64,000 nt of DNA from an uncultured Trueperaceae bacterium (GCA_963799485.1 CAWCXJ010000006.1:480001-544000); one strand, 5' to 3'. Shown: positions 10,621 to 20,634, numbered from the stretch's first letter. The notes: generated by a model from the letters alone, not told the origin. Program-made: numbers and translations.

Positions 10621-11565
10621 TTAACGCCGGCGCTTTTCTTCCCAGGTCGTCCTCACATCGTCTTTGACTTCATCCCAGTTACCGCCGCTGTTGCCCCGCT
10701 CGTATTCGGTGCGCGCCTCGTCTTCGAACTCGTGCCATTCGCGGTTTTCGTAGCGTGCGTCGCTTGCCAGACCTTGAGCGAGTTCCTCGATTTCGACGTC
10801 GGCGCGGCGGACTGTGCCGCGCACGGTTTCGGTACGTTCTTCAACGTCTTTGCCGACGACAACCTCTTCGACGACGTGCGCTTCTTTAGCGATTACGGCC
10901 TCTTCGTCGGTTTCGGTGAACTCGTAGGTTTTCTCGGTAAAGAGGTCGCCGTCTGTGTTGTCCGCGCTGTCGAGTTTGCGGTCAACCGTTTGCCGGTCGA
11001 CGCGGATGGTTTCGTCGCGGAGCGTGACCTGCTCTTCAACCGGGCGTTCGGTTACGACCCGCCGTACTCTCATCCCGCCGCGCTCCACATCGCGTTTTCC
11101 GACTCTGAGGCGCTCCTCTACAACGTCGAGGCGCGTTTCGTCGCCGGTATTTACGGTGCCCCGGTCGCTATCGGTAACATCATCAGTGGTCGTTTCCAAG
11201 CTATCCGCCCCCACGATGTCTGCGTCTACGGGTTCTGTATCGGCGGCGTAGTCGACTTCATCTGCCGCGTAGTCGGCGTCGTTATCTTCGGTTCCGGCGT
11301 AGCGGTTCATGATCTCGACCGCTTCATCGACGTGGCTGTCTTCAACCCGTACCGAAACGAGTGCGCCGCCCTGCCTCAGGCCCTCGGCGTAATAGTTCGC
11401 GTCGGCGTCGGCGACACCTTCACGCTCGAGTTCCCCTTCAATATCGCTCTGATCACCCTCAAAACGGTTGATGTTGCGCTCTTTGAAACCGTTGTTCTTG
11501 AGTTCCTCGACGACCTGATCGGCGACACTTTTATTTTCAAATAGACCGATAACGTTGTTTGCCAT
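10621..11565 (-). CDS. YsnF/AvaK (DUF2382) domain stress protein, paralog of 9600-10469
   Basis: Start MANNVIGLF with RBS AAGGA; same architecture as downstream gene. Confidence 0.88.
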   Translation of the reverse strand: MANNVIGLFENKSVADQVVEELKNNGFKERNINRFEGDQSDIEGELEREGVADADANYYAEGLRQGGALVSVRVEDSHVDEAVEIMNRYAGTEDNDADYAADEVDYAADTEPVDADIVGADSLETTTDDVTDSDRGTVNTGDETRLDVVEERLRVGKRDVERGGMRVRRVVTERPVEEQVTLRDETIRVDRQTVDRKLDSADNTDGDLFTEKTYEFTETDEEAVIAKEAHVVEEVVVGKDVEERTETVRGTVRRADVEIEELAQGLASDARYENREWHEFEDEARTEYERGNSGGNWDEVKDDVRTTWEEKRRR

Positions 11566-12238
11566 TGTTTGTTCCTTTCCTGCTTCTTGATAGAACGTAT
11601 ACGTGTTGTACACATCGCTGACCCAGCGGGTTCTTTTACCCCAGCGAACCCGCCGCCTCCGCACCGCACGCTGCCCTGCCTCCGTGCCTAAGGTGTATGG
11701 TGTCACTCTCTGTACCAAAAAAATGTAGGTATTGACCCCATTCATTTGCACTCTCTAACGAGATACCTGTACTAGTTGCACTAGATTCAGCGCGAGCTTT
11801 TTAGTCTCCGTGTATGCCGGAAACCACTTTCGAAGGCAATCTCTACGGCGCTCAGAAGCTAAGTGCAGAATTTAAGTTAAGCGAGGTGCAAGTCCTCGGT
11901 AGTACAGTATTTTGAAGCCATGCGTGCTTCTTGCGCCATAATGTTTTGGTGAGCTCGAGGTGAGTAAAGCAGACGGATGGGAATGAGGTCGGCTTGCGGC
12001 GGCACGGCAGCTATAAAAACTGAACTGCACGGCTTAAGAACACCACCCGCCGAGACGAGTACATGGGCCTGCTATCTAGGTATGGTCAAACTCTACAAAT
12101 TACGTCAACACTGAACCCAGCTGAACCTGCCTCATGTTGCTCGCGTTGATTGCGAGCAACAGCGTAGCAAACTGCGTGAGCAGGTCAGCAGCGTAGGAAG
12201 CTAGAAACTTGACCGCAAAACTTAAAAGTTTGTAACGC

Positions 12239-12457
12239 TTACTTACGGTTGCGCCGGTACGATTCACCAAAGCGCTTCTGAAACTTCTCGACGCGCCCTT
12301 CGGTGTCGATAAAACGCTGCTGTCCTGTGTAAAACGGGTGGTTGCCCGACCACACATCGACGCGCAGTTCGGGTTTGGTGCTGTACGTTTCCATTACGAC
12401 GTCGCCGTCGCAGTAGACCTTACAGGGTACCATTTTAGGGTGAATATCTTTTTTCAT
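12239..12457 (-). CDS. rpmE: 50S ribosomal protein L31
   Basis: MKKDIHPK...DVWSGNHPFYTGQQRFIDTEGRVEKFQKRF; RBS AAGGAG. Confidence 0.97.
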   Translation of the reverse strand: MKKDIHPKMVPCKVYCDGDVVMETYSTKPELRVDVWSGNHPFYTGQQRFIDTEGRVEKFQKRFGESYRRNRK

Positions 12458-12553
12458 CATTCTCCTTCGGCACGGTCGTCGTCGTGCAAACAAACCAGTC
12501 TAGCAGAAATATTCGGGTTTTGCAGCCTCTGAAATAGCCCAGGTGCATACCTA

Positions 12554-12820
12554 TTACCGGGCCAGCTTGAGGAGCTTTACGAGGTCTTTGGGTTCGTCGG
12601 CGCGAGCCAGGCACCGGGCGACATAGGTCTCGAGCACCACGTCTCCGGCAGCGTCCAAGGCGCTTTTAGCGCTCGCAAGTTGCGTCATTACTGCGGTACA
12701 GCTTTGCTCCTCTTCGATCATCCGTTGCAGACCACGAATCTGACCTTCCAAACGGCGTAAACGGTTGACGATTCTAACTTTTTCGGCCTTATGGTCGGTA
12801 ATAGCGGGGACGCTGGTCAT
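12554..12820 (-). CDS. CsoR/RcnR-family repressor, probably CstR-like (persulfide sensing)
   Basis: NRLRRLEGQIRGLQRM...C..V.TQL.S..SAL; has YVARC where Cu-sensing CsoR has HxxxC. Confidence 0.85.
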   Translation of the reverse strand: MTSVPAITDHKAEKVRIVNRLRRLEGQIRGLQRMIEEEQSCTAVMTQLASAKSALDAAGDVVLETYVARCLARADEPKDLVKLLKLAR

Positions 12821-12826
12821 AACGCA

Positions 12827-12873
12827 AGTATACCCCCTGACCCCATCCGACGTATAGGAATAGGGGGTATACT
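12827..12873. promoter_or_regulatory. CsoR/CstR-type operator with divergent -10 boxes
   Basis: Perfect 12-bp inverted repeat AGTATACCCCCT ... AGGGGGTATACT (C/G tracts), each arm containing TATACT. Confidence 0.75.
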
Positions 12874-12897
12874 ATCAAAGCTAAAGAAGCGGTGGTT

Positions 12898-13539
12898 ATG
12901 TACTTTGAACGAAGTGCCAGAATACGGCTGGCCCGGCCCCTGTACTCGTCGGTGCGTAGCCGAGGCCGGGGCCCACCGACCTAACCGGAAAACTCCTCAG
13001 CGACACCCGTTCACGCGAGGCGTATCACCGGGGGTTGCTACCCGGCGCACTCAACCTCACTGCAGGGAGCAATTTCGAGACCTGGGCGGGGCGGCTGATC
13101 GACCCCGAATGTGAAACGCGCCTCTTGGTTTTGCTAGCCGCAGGTGAACTGGAAGCTTAGGCGCTGCGTGAAAGCGAGCAGGTTGGTATTCGACCATGTA
13201 GCGGATTATCTGACGAGCCTGGAAGACCTGCCTACATAGGCGACGCTGCTGCTCGAGCCCGCTGAACTGGACGTCAATGCCCCCTTCATTCTCGACGTCA
13301 GGACAACAGCCGAACACGGAGATGGGCATATTCCCGAAGCCATGCTGATTCACGCCGGACGATTGCCCGCGCAGCTTGCCGAATTACCGACCGATACCCC
13401 GATCGTTGTTCGTTGCCAGTCGGGGAGGCGTTCGGTTGGCGCAGCAAGTTTGCTGCGTGCGAACGGCTTTGGGAATGTTTTAGAGCTGGCTGGTGGTTGT
13501 CCGAACTGGCAGCGCAGCCAAAGGGCACAGGCCGTTTGA
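12898..13539 (+). pseudogene. Degraded MBL-fold/rhodanese (CstB-like) gene; only rhodanese remnants readable
   Basis: Fragments LNLTAGSNFETWAGRLID and ILDVRTTAEHGDGHIPEAMLIH...CQSGRRS...LAGG separated by stops/frameshifts; 5' boundary approximate. Confidence 0.7.
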
Positions 13540-14022
13540 GTCAAGCTTTACGAGCCGCCCGTGACCCTGGTATGTGGCGGGGTCACTTATCGGTCTTTCC
13601 CGGCATTTCTGCTGCCGGGTAACAAGCCTTTTGGTGCCTCGTCAAATCTGCGCCACGGCTACGCAGTACTTTTACCCAACGCCGCCAAACCTAAACTGCG
13701 TTATGACTGGCGCGCCGAATCGTAGAATCTGACGTTTGCACTTGGTTTGCACTTGGTATCGTTTTGGGTGGCCTGATTGGTGGAGTGCTGCTCTCGCTAA
13801 CCCGGAACCGGTCGCGCTCAGCCGCTGCTGTAAAGAGCATAAAGCAAGTGTGCAGTCTGGGTTGGTACCCACTACCCTTAGCTCGACTTTGCACAGTCAG
13901 GCGGCGTAGCGGAGCCTATCTACCAAGCGCCTGGCAGCCAAGGTTACTGATGTTGCCGAGCGGACGAAACAACATGTGCCTAACACGGTATGGCAGCGCT
14001 GGAACAGCTATAAAATAGCTTT

Positions 14023-14937
14023 GTGGCGAGGCGTAAGCGGATCGTTAGGATTTTTGGTAAAGCGGCGCTTCTCTGGCAGTCGCACAGTGCGCCCCGGTTG
14101 GGGGCGGCGCTGGCGTTTTACACGGTTTTGTCACTCGCCCCGCTGCTCATCGTCGCCGTCGGTGTTACGAGTTTGTTTTTAAGCCGCGCCGAGGTGCAGC
14201 AGGGCATTTTAGAGCAGGTTGCGCTCGCCCTCGGGCCGGAAAGCGATCAAATCATCGGCGTGTTGCAGAGTCTGTTTAGAAACGCCTTTAACGCCTATCA
14301 AACGAGTACCGGTATTATCACCTCGGCAGTCGGGCTGGGCGTGCTGCTCTTCGGCGCGTCTTTGGTACTCGTCGAACTGCGGGCGGCAGTGAATATCCTT
14401 TGGGGCGTCGCCGCGCCCGCGAGCAGGCGTGAAGGTGCGCTTACGTTTCTTAAAAACCGGGCGATTTCGGTCGCGCTGGTTTTGGGTATCGGCATTCTTA
14501 TAGTTGGCGGCCTGACGCTGAGTACCTACTTGGGCGCAAGCCGGGAATTTTTACAAGCCCACCGCGTACCGGTCGCACTTTTGGGGTGGCTCGAGGCACT
14601 TTTCGGCTTCGTTCTGCTGACTCTCTTTTTGGCGCTGCTCTACAAGTATCTGCCCGCAACCCGGGTGCGCTGGCGCGACACCTGGTTCGGTGCGCTTTTT
14701 ACGGCGGTTCTTTTTACCTTGGGGCGCTGGCTTTTCGGCGCGTACCTGACCGAGAGCGCGCTGGGAAGCGCCTACGGTGCAGCAGGCTCACTGGTGGTTT
14801 TTTTGCTCTGGGTTTACTATTCGGCACAACTGTTCTTTTTCGGTGCGGCGCTCTGCCGCGCGGTCAGAGATACGCAGCAACGGCCCATCGTCATCCGCAG
14901 GTCACCCGAACCGTCTCGTTCGCAACCGGACGCCTGA
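14023..14937 (+). CDS. YihY/virulence factor BrkB family membrane protein
   Basis: GAALAFYTVLSLAPLL, LYKYLP, YGAAGSLVVFLLWVYYSAQLFFFGA. Confidence 0.92.
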   Translation: MARRKRIVRIFGKAALLWQSHSAPRLGAALAFYTVLSLAPLLIVAVGVTSLFLSRAEVQQGILEQVALALGPESDQIIGVLQSLFRNAFNAYQTSTGIITSAVGLGVLLFGASLVLVELRAAVNILWGVAAPASRREGALTFLKNRAISVALVLGIGILIVGGLTLSTYLGASREFLQAHRVPVALLGWLEALFGFVLLTLFLALLYKYLPATRVRWRDTWFGALFTAVLFTLGRWLFGAYLTESALGSAYGAAGSLVVFLLWVYYSAQLFFFGAALCRAVRDTQQRPIVIRRSPEPSRSQPDA

Positions 14938-14988
14938 TTAAACACCGTCTAAATTAAACGCTGCCTGACCAAACATTGTCTGATTGAC

Positions 14989-16097
14989 CAAGTATTTCCG
15001 TAGTAAGCTTGCCAGATGCCAAGTGCGAGGTACATCAAGCTGAGCGAGGAAGAAGACAAGCAGTTGCGTGAGATTGAGCATCAGTCGGGACTGCGCGAGA
15101 AAGTACGTTTACGAGCAAGAATTTTGCGTTTGTCGCACCGTGGGCTGAAAGCTGAAGAAATAGCGAGCTACACGGGACGTGAGTAGCGTGTTGCGCGACT
15201 TCAACCGCTGGGAGCAAAGCGGGGTCGAGGGCCTAACTGAGGGGGTGGGCAGCGGTCAGCGGAGTCCTCTAGGCGAGCAAAAGCTTCTTAACGAAAAAGC
15301 TCAGTGAGGAGCGCAGTTGGACGGCCTCACAGTTAGCTGAAGGGGACGAAGCGTTCAAGCTCAAAGTCAACCGCGAAAGTCAACCGCGAAAGTCAACCGC
15401 GAAAGTATGCGGGTGTGCTTGCACGCAATGGGCTACAGCTGGCAACGCCACCGCTACGTGCCTGTCAAACAGCCTGAAGCTGAGGTTCTAGCGGCTAAAC
15501 AAGCCGAGTTCGACAGCTTAAAAAAAGAGCCCTTCAAGGAGCGCATGGCATCCGCCTGCAAGGTGACATCCTCCTGAAATACCTGGACGAGGTGGGTTTT
15601 AGCCGGTCTTTGCCTTTGAGCTATGGTTGGCGTCCCAAAGGCAAGCCCCTAAACGTTCCCAGGCACTGGGGGGCGGCGGGTCGCATCAACCTCATCGGCA
15701 CTTTGTCCTGTACCCGAGGTACTGAGCAGCTCGCGTACCAAGTGCTTGAAGAACGTTGCTACGCAATCCATGTCAAAACGTACCTGGAAACGTTGGCGCA
15801 AGAAGCAGAGCGTCTAGCCCCAGAAACAGTCGTCATTCTCGACAACGCGGGCTTTCACCGGGCGAATCTCATTAAAGACGAACAGGATGCCTGGGCAGCT
15901 CAAGGGCTTACCCTGTGGTTTCAGCCCTCTTACTCGCCTCGGTTCAACCTCATTGAGACCGTTTGGAAAAAGCTCAAAGGCTTTCTCCTGCCCAGGCGCT
16001 GCTACAACTCTAGACAACAACTCCTGGACGCTGTGCTGGCTGCCCTTCAACTCCTCGGCGCTAAAGCTATCTCGCAGTCATAGTATGGAGATACTTA
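14989..16097 (+). mobile_element. IS630-family element, transposase pseudogene
   Basis: Imperfect TIRs CAAGTATTTCCGTAGTA / TAGTATGGAGATACTTA; HTH N-part from ATG 15016 with premature stop; DDE part YLDEVGF...ILDNAGFH...YSPRFNLIETVW. Confidence 0.88.
15363..15406 (+). repeat. 13-bp tandem repeat AAAGTCAACCGCG x3 (slippage duplication inside dead IS630)
   Basis: Three exact copies plus AAAGT. Confidence 0.9.
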
Positions 16098-16186
16098 AAT
16101 CCTGTAGCAGTAGTTAAGCAGTAAACCGGCACACAATAGAACAGCCCCGCTTATCACGAGGCTTCTTTTTTACGTCCCTCACATTA

Positions 16187-16237
16187 TTTCTTTGGTAGCG
16201 ATGGAGAGACTTGAACTCTCGACCTCACGATTATGAG
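16187..16237 (-). repeat. att site (displaced 3' half of tRNA-Met), left boundary of integrated element
   Basis: 51-bp exact duplicate of 25204-25254, ending at the 7-nt anticodon loop (CTCATAA on minus strand). Confidence 0.95.
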
Positions 16238-16458
16238 GTGTATAAATCCCCTAACGCTTCATTACGCTAGATTACAACAGATGACGAGAGACCGTTACAG
16301 ACGCACTTTTACCCTCTACCCCACCCCTGTATGAATGTCTTATCACGCTACGTAACGCGCCTGTAGGTGTAAATAATGTGTAACTCGCACAGGGACTTTA
16401 TGCCGTGAGAGACGGTAAAAGTATGACGACTCGTGATGTGATGTGGTAACATGTACCA

Positions 16459-16848
16459 ATGACGGCGATAACCCCGGACAAGCTCGAGGCGAATAAAGTA
16501 TTCGCCGAGCGGATTATCGACGCCCAAAGACAAGAGGCCGACGCCGCAAAGCGAAACCTCGAGCGGGTCAAGGCGCAGCGCATCCCGCGTGACTCTGTTT
16601 TTATGCGGCGCTGGGGTTGCAGCTTGCGGCGCGTCCCCTTTTTGTACGGTGCGAACGTTACAGCCGCCGAAGTTGACCAAATTGTCAACGCGGCCCGCGC
16701 TGCTCACCGTGAGGCGATTCTAGAGGCTGGCGCGCTTCTCTTAGAGCCGCCGCCGTCGTGGGCACATGCTGACCTCAACGAGCAGCCGCGCCCCGAATTA
16801 CCACTCAGCAAAACCCCAAAAATACTGCAAAACGCCCCGAATAGCTGA
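16459..16848 (+). CDS. Hypothetical protein (element)
   Basis: 129-aa ORF; extended -10 TGGTAACAT 6 nt before ATG. Confidence 0.6.
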   Translation: MTAITPDKLEANKVFAERIIDAQRQEADAAKRNLERVKAQRIPRDSVFMRRWGCSLRRVPFLYGANVTAAEVDQIVNAARAAHREAILEAGALLLEPPPSWAHADLNEQPRPELPLSKTPKILQNAPNS

Positions 16849-16936
16849 TCAAATGGCGCGGGTTTAACCCGTAAACCTTTTGATCTACCGAAGGTTTGAT
16901 CTTTCGATCATCTTCGCGTTTTGGAGCGTTTTTTTA

Positions 16937-17137
16937 ATGACAACTGAACCGCAGGGCTCGCCCTTTTACAACTACCCAGAACTTTGGATTGCGAACGAAA
17001 AGAAGATCGGCATTAACCAATTGCGCGCCTGGGGCCGGTCAAAGAAACTGAGGACGGTGCGTGTGGGCCGCAGAATCCTTATCCCAAAAACTGAGCTTGC
17101 GCGTCTCGCTGAGATTGCCGGAGGTGACGATTCATGA
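16937..17137 (+). CDS. Excisionase-like (HTH_17/Xis) DNA-binding protein
   Basis: IGINQLRAWGRSKKLRTVRVGRRILIPKTELARL pattern; RBS GGAG. Confidence 0.75.
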   Translation: MTTEPQGSPFYNYPELWIANEKKIGINQLRAWGRSKKLRTVRVGRRILIPKTELARLAEIAGGDDS

Positions 17138-17367
17138 GAAATCCCCATCTTGCCAGAGATGGGGACGCGGCGATTCGTAAGCAGAGTTTAACACGAGGTA
17201 CGTGCTGTAATCCACGTAACTACGTGCGCCCCCGACCCCCAAGCCACCGTGAAGTTTCAAAATGTCAACAAGCAAATCACGTCGCGCTCGTGCGGCTGGA
17301 ACGTTATCTAAAGGCACTTACGGCTTACCGGTACCGCCTCGACAATCCGGGGGTACACCGTGCCTGA
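17134..17367 (+). CDS. Hypothetical protein (element)
   Basis: ATGA overlap with xis and overlap with the AAA gene start. Confidence 0.5.
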   Translation: MRNPHLARDGDAAIRKQSLTRGTCCNPRNYVRPRPPSHREVSKCQQANHVALVRLERYLKALTAYRYRLDNPGVHRA

Positions 17368-18859
17368 ACCCAAAACCCTGGAGGAGTGGGAGGCAGAGCA
17401 GGAAAGGCTCGAGCAAACAAAGGCCCGAAAGACTAAGACGCCCACTCCTAAGCCCGCCGACGATAAGCCTAATACATCCGGTCTCAAAACCGAAAAGCAG
17501 CGTGAGACGAAAGCCAAACCCCAAGCCCTGATTACTCGCTTGTCAGACGTGACCCCTCAGGATGTCTCTTGGCTCTGGCACCCGTATATCCCTCTAGGAA
17601 AGCTCACCCTCTTAGAGGGCGACCCCGGCTTAGGCAAGACGTTTATCAGTTTGACCTTAGCCGCTGCGATTACAAGAGGCTGGCCTTTACTCTCTCAGAC
17701 CGGCGCACCTGGAAACGACCTCGAGCCCGCTGATGTTCTCTATATGAGCGCAGAGGATGGTTTAGCCGACACCTTGCGCCCTCGTTTAGATGCCGCCGAC
17801 GCCGACGTAAGCCGCGTTCACGCGCTCACCGGCTGGCGGCTAGATGACGGGAACGAAGGGGTAGAGGGCGCGGTGAGTCTGGGAGACATCCCCATTCTCG
17901 AGCAAGCTCTCAGCGCTGTCAAACCCAAGCTCATCATCATCGACCCGCTTCAGGCTTACTTAGGTGCGAAAGTGGATATGCACCGTGCTAACGAGGTAAG
18001 GCCGCTTCTCTCAGCTCTTGGCAACTTGGCAGAGAAACACGAGTGCGCTGTCATCTGTATTCGTCACCTGTCCAAAGCTATGAGCCCAAAAGCGATTTAT
18101 AGCGGCATGGGGTCTATCGACTTCGCCGCCGCTGCCCGGTCGATTCTCACCGTAGGGGAACACGACGGCGAGCGCCTGTTAGCGCACGTCAAAAGCTCAC
18201 TGGCACCGCAGGGCAAGAGCATCCGCTACGAACTCCGGGATGGTTCACTCAACTGGTTAGGTATCTCGGATGTGACCGCTGAAGAGCTGAGCGGCCCCCA
18301 AATCCAAAGTGCAGAGGGTGAAAGCACCGTAGACAACGCTGTGACCTTTTTGCAGGACTTTTTAGACGACGGCGCACAACCTGCGAGCGCAGCCTTTAGA
18401 GCAGCGAAGCAAGAGGGTATATCCGAACGGACGTTGAAACGGGCCAAGTCACAGCTCGAGGTCAAAAGCCAAAGGATAAGCGCCGGGAATGACGGCGCGG
18501 GCAAATGGTCATGGTCTCTACCGTATAACAGTGGCACTCTTGCCCCCTTGCAAGCAAACCCTGTCACAGACGCGAATCCCGCAAGTGTGCCAAGTGTGCC
18601 AACTGAAGATGTGGCACTCTTGCGAAAAGAGCGTGAGGCACACAAAAATCCGCAAGAGGGCAAGGGTGCCAAGCTTTTACCCTTAGAGGCTTATGACTGT
18701 TTGCGGAAAAGACTCGAGGCTCAAGACTGGCATGTTCCAAGCGCCGGAAAGCTACGCGACTTCTACCGCCGTGCTGATTCAGGAGACCTAGAAGCGCGGG
18801 GTGCAATTGATGACTACCTACAAAACCCGCAGGTCGTGCAAGCACTTGGGGTCAACTGA
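17360..18859 (+). CDS. AAA_25/RepA-like RecA-fold replicative ATPase-helicase with C-terminal HTH
   Basis: VSWLWHPYIPLGKLTLLEGDPGLGKT, SAEDG, LIIIDPLQ, IRHLSK, GSIDFAAAARS; C-terminal GISERTLKRAK. Confidence 0.88.
   Translation: MPEPKTLEEWEAEQERLEQTKARKTKTPTPKPADDKPNTSGLKTEKQRETKAKPQALITRLSDVTPQDVSWLWHPYIPLGKLTLLEGDPGLGKTFISLTLAAAITRGWPLLSQTGAPGNDLEPADVLYMSAEDGLADTLRPRLDAADADVSRVHALTGWRLDDGNEGVEGAVSLGDIPILEQALSAVKPKLIIIDPLQAYLGAKVDMHRANEVRPLLSALGNLAEKHECAVICIRHLSKAMSPKAIYSGMGSIDFAAAARSILTVGEHDGERLLAHVKSSLAPQGKSIRYELRDGSLNWLGISDVTAEELSGPQIQSAEGESTVDNAVTFLQDFLDDGAQPASAAFRAAKQEGISERTLKRAKSQLEVKSQRISAGNDGAGKWSWSLPYNSGTLAPLQANPVTDANPASVPSVPTEDVALLRKEREAHKNPQEGKGAKLLPLEAYDCLRKRLEAQDWHVPSAGKLRDFYRRADSGDLEARGAIDDYLQNPQVVQALGVN
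18532..18671. repeat. Iteron-like TGGCACNCTTG repeats in both orientations (putative origin)
   Basis: Forward 18532, 18612 (degenerate 18540); reverse 18582, 18591, 18661 (degenerate 18653). Confidence 0.65.
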
Positions 18860-19056
18860 TGCCCCGCGCTAGGAAACTGACACAGCCCCGTCTACTCCCT
18901 CAGCTCGAGCCCATCCGACCCGGCGACGCGCTCACTATAGGCGACCTCATTACGCGCTACGAGTGCCGGTGCGGAAACCGTGCCGAAACAGGAATCCGCC
19001 TGGACGCTGTGACCTGCGTTAAATGCGGTGCGGCGATGAAACCGGTGACATCGTGA
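18859..19056 (+). CDS. Small zinc-ribbon protein
   Basis: CRCG...CVKCG; TGATG coupling to AAA gene. Confidence 0.6.
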   Translation: MPRARKLTQPRLLPQLEPIRPGDALTIGDLITRYECRCGNRAETGIRLDAVTCVKCGAAMKPVTS

Positions 19057-19153
19057 AAACGTACCCCGCCGCTCGAGCCCCGCCGACCGCTAAGCCCCTA
19101 GACCTCACCCCGTTCCTGATCCTTTGATCCCTTCAGAGAAAGTAGAGATTACA

Positions 19154-19450
19154 ATGTCCGAACTCAGCCCATTGCAGGTACAAGCGGCAAAACTGCTAGG
19201 CCGTGGCTACACCCCGACCGATGTCAAAAAACACCTCGAGCTACCCCAAACCCTTTTTGCCCAGTGGCGTGAAGATGACGACTTTAACGCCGCTGTAGAG
19301 CGCGAAAAATTCAACGAGACCGGCGCGATAGAAGGCGAAACTCTGCTCGAGGCTGCCTCAGCTTTCGGAATGCTAGACCCCGGCGCACCCATCATCACGA
19401 AAGACCCGTCAGAGCCAAGCCATTACGATCCCGCAGCGGAGGTTAAATAA
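19154..19450 (+). CDS. HTH protein of phage/satellite type
   Basis: LSPLQVQAAKLLGRG.T..DV...L......QWREDDDF HTH pattern; start MSELSP chosen. Confidence 0.6.
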   Translation: MSELSPLQVQAAKLLGRGYTPTDVKKHLELPQTLFAQWREDDDFNAAVEREKFNETGAIEGETLLEAASAFGMLDPGAPIITKDPSEPSHYDPAAEVK

Positions 19451-20119
19451 TGCCCGCCCTAGTTATCCAAGCACGGCGGGCCGTGTCTGACGCTGAGAAA
19501 CAGCTAGCCGCTCTGGAGAAAGAACGCACGCAGCACGCCGAACAGTTGAGCGTGTGTGAAGCTGAAGAACAGGCCGTTGTTAAGGGCCGGGCCGGTCTCG
19601 ACAAGATCACCGCTGTTGGGTTACGTGCCGACGCCGCCCGGAAACAGCTCGCGCAGACCGAGGCAGATATAGCCGAGTTGCTCGAGCGGCTCCCTGACCT
19701 GTCGGATCAGCTCGAGCGTGAAGAGGTAATCAGTTTACTGGCTACCCATGCAACCGAAGGGGCAGCGTCAGAAGTGCGCTTACGGGACGCGCTGCACAAT
19801 CTAACCGAGACCATCCGGGAGCCTTTACAAAAAGTTTTAGAGGCGCACGCCGCTCACCAAATGGCGGTAGAGCGCTACAACGAACTCGGTAAAGAAGCTG
19901 TACCTGGCTACCGCTACAGTTGGCGGCTACAGCGTACAGGGTCTTAAATGGGATGATCCAAACGATCCCGACCGGAAAGCTCTCGAGCGGGAACTTCAGC
20001 GGCGCGGTTATGACCTGAATGCGGTAGTGGCTCCCTTAGTCAAACCTGCTGTAGACGACACCCTTGCCTTTGCGGTCTGGCAGCTCTACCGAAGCACCAA
20101 AGATTTGAGGGGACTCTAA
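19450..20119 (+). pseudogene. Coiled-coil protein with an apparent 1-nt frameshift near 19921
   Basis: ORF stops at 19947 but a 65-codon open frame from 19922 ends in TAA 20117-20119 coupled (TAATG) to next gene. Confidence 0.6.
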
Positions 20120-20634
20120 TGCCCCGCACCTGTAGTGTTTGCGCTCACCCGGAACGTGTTGCAATCGAGACGGCCCTGCTTGAAAATGCGCCATTACGCG
20201 ACATAGCGCGACAATTCTCAGTTTCCAAAGATGCGGTAGCGAGACACAAAGAAAGCCATATCACCGCCCGTCTAGCTTCAGCTCATGCGGCTCAAGAGGC
20301 GACTGACGCCGGTACGATTATGGACAGACTCCGGGCTTTGAACGCTGAAGTTACCGACCTGCTACAAATTGCAAAAACGGCCCGGAACCATGAGCTGAGA
20401 TTAAAGGTTCTAACACGGGCCGAATCCCAACTTGCGCTCGAGGCCAAGCTCTTATCGGAACAGCCGCTCTTGGAGCGTCAGGTCAACGAGCTTTTACAGA
20501 TCAAGATGGTTGAGGCGCTTGTCAGGCTCCGTATCCACTTCGGAGATCAGCCGGGGCTACTCAGGGAAATCTACACGGCGTTCGTAGGTGATGAACCCGC
20601 CGGACACGCGGGCCAGCGTCAGCTACCAAACTAA
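20119..20634 (+). CDS. CxxC + HTH protein, possibly terminase small subunit-like
   Basis: MPRTCSVCAHPER..IETALL..APLRDIARQFSVSKDAVARHK then helical region; function inferred. Confidence 0.55.
   Translation: MPRTCSVCAHPERVAIETALLENAPLRDIARQFSVSKDAVARHKESHITARLASAHAAQEATDAGTIMDRLRALNAEVTDLLQIAKTARNHELRLKVLTRAESQLALEAKLLSEQPLLERQVNELLQIKMVEALVRLRIHFGDQPGLLREIYTAFVGDEPAGHAGQRQLPN

Noticed and set aside
15363..15406. Short repeats as a CRISPR array
   Set aside because: 13-bp head-to-tail copies with no spacers inside a dead transposase; no CRISPR array or cas gene seen anywhere in the window.
16193..16237. Second tRNA-Met gene
   Set aside because: Only the 3' half is present; the D arm and 5' acceptor strand are missing, so it is an att remnant.
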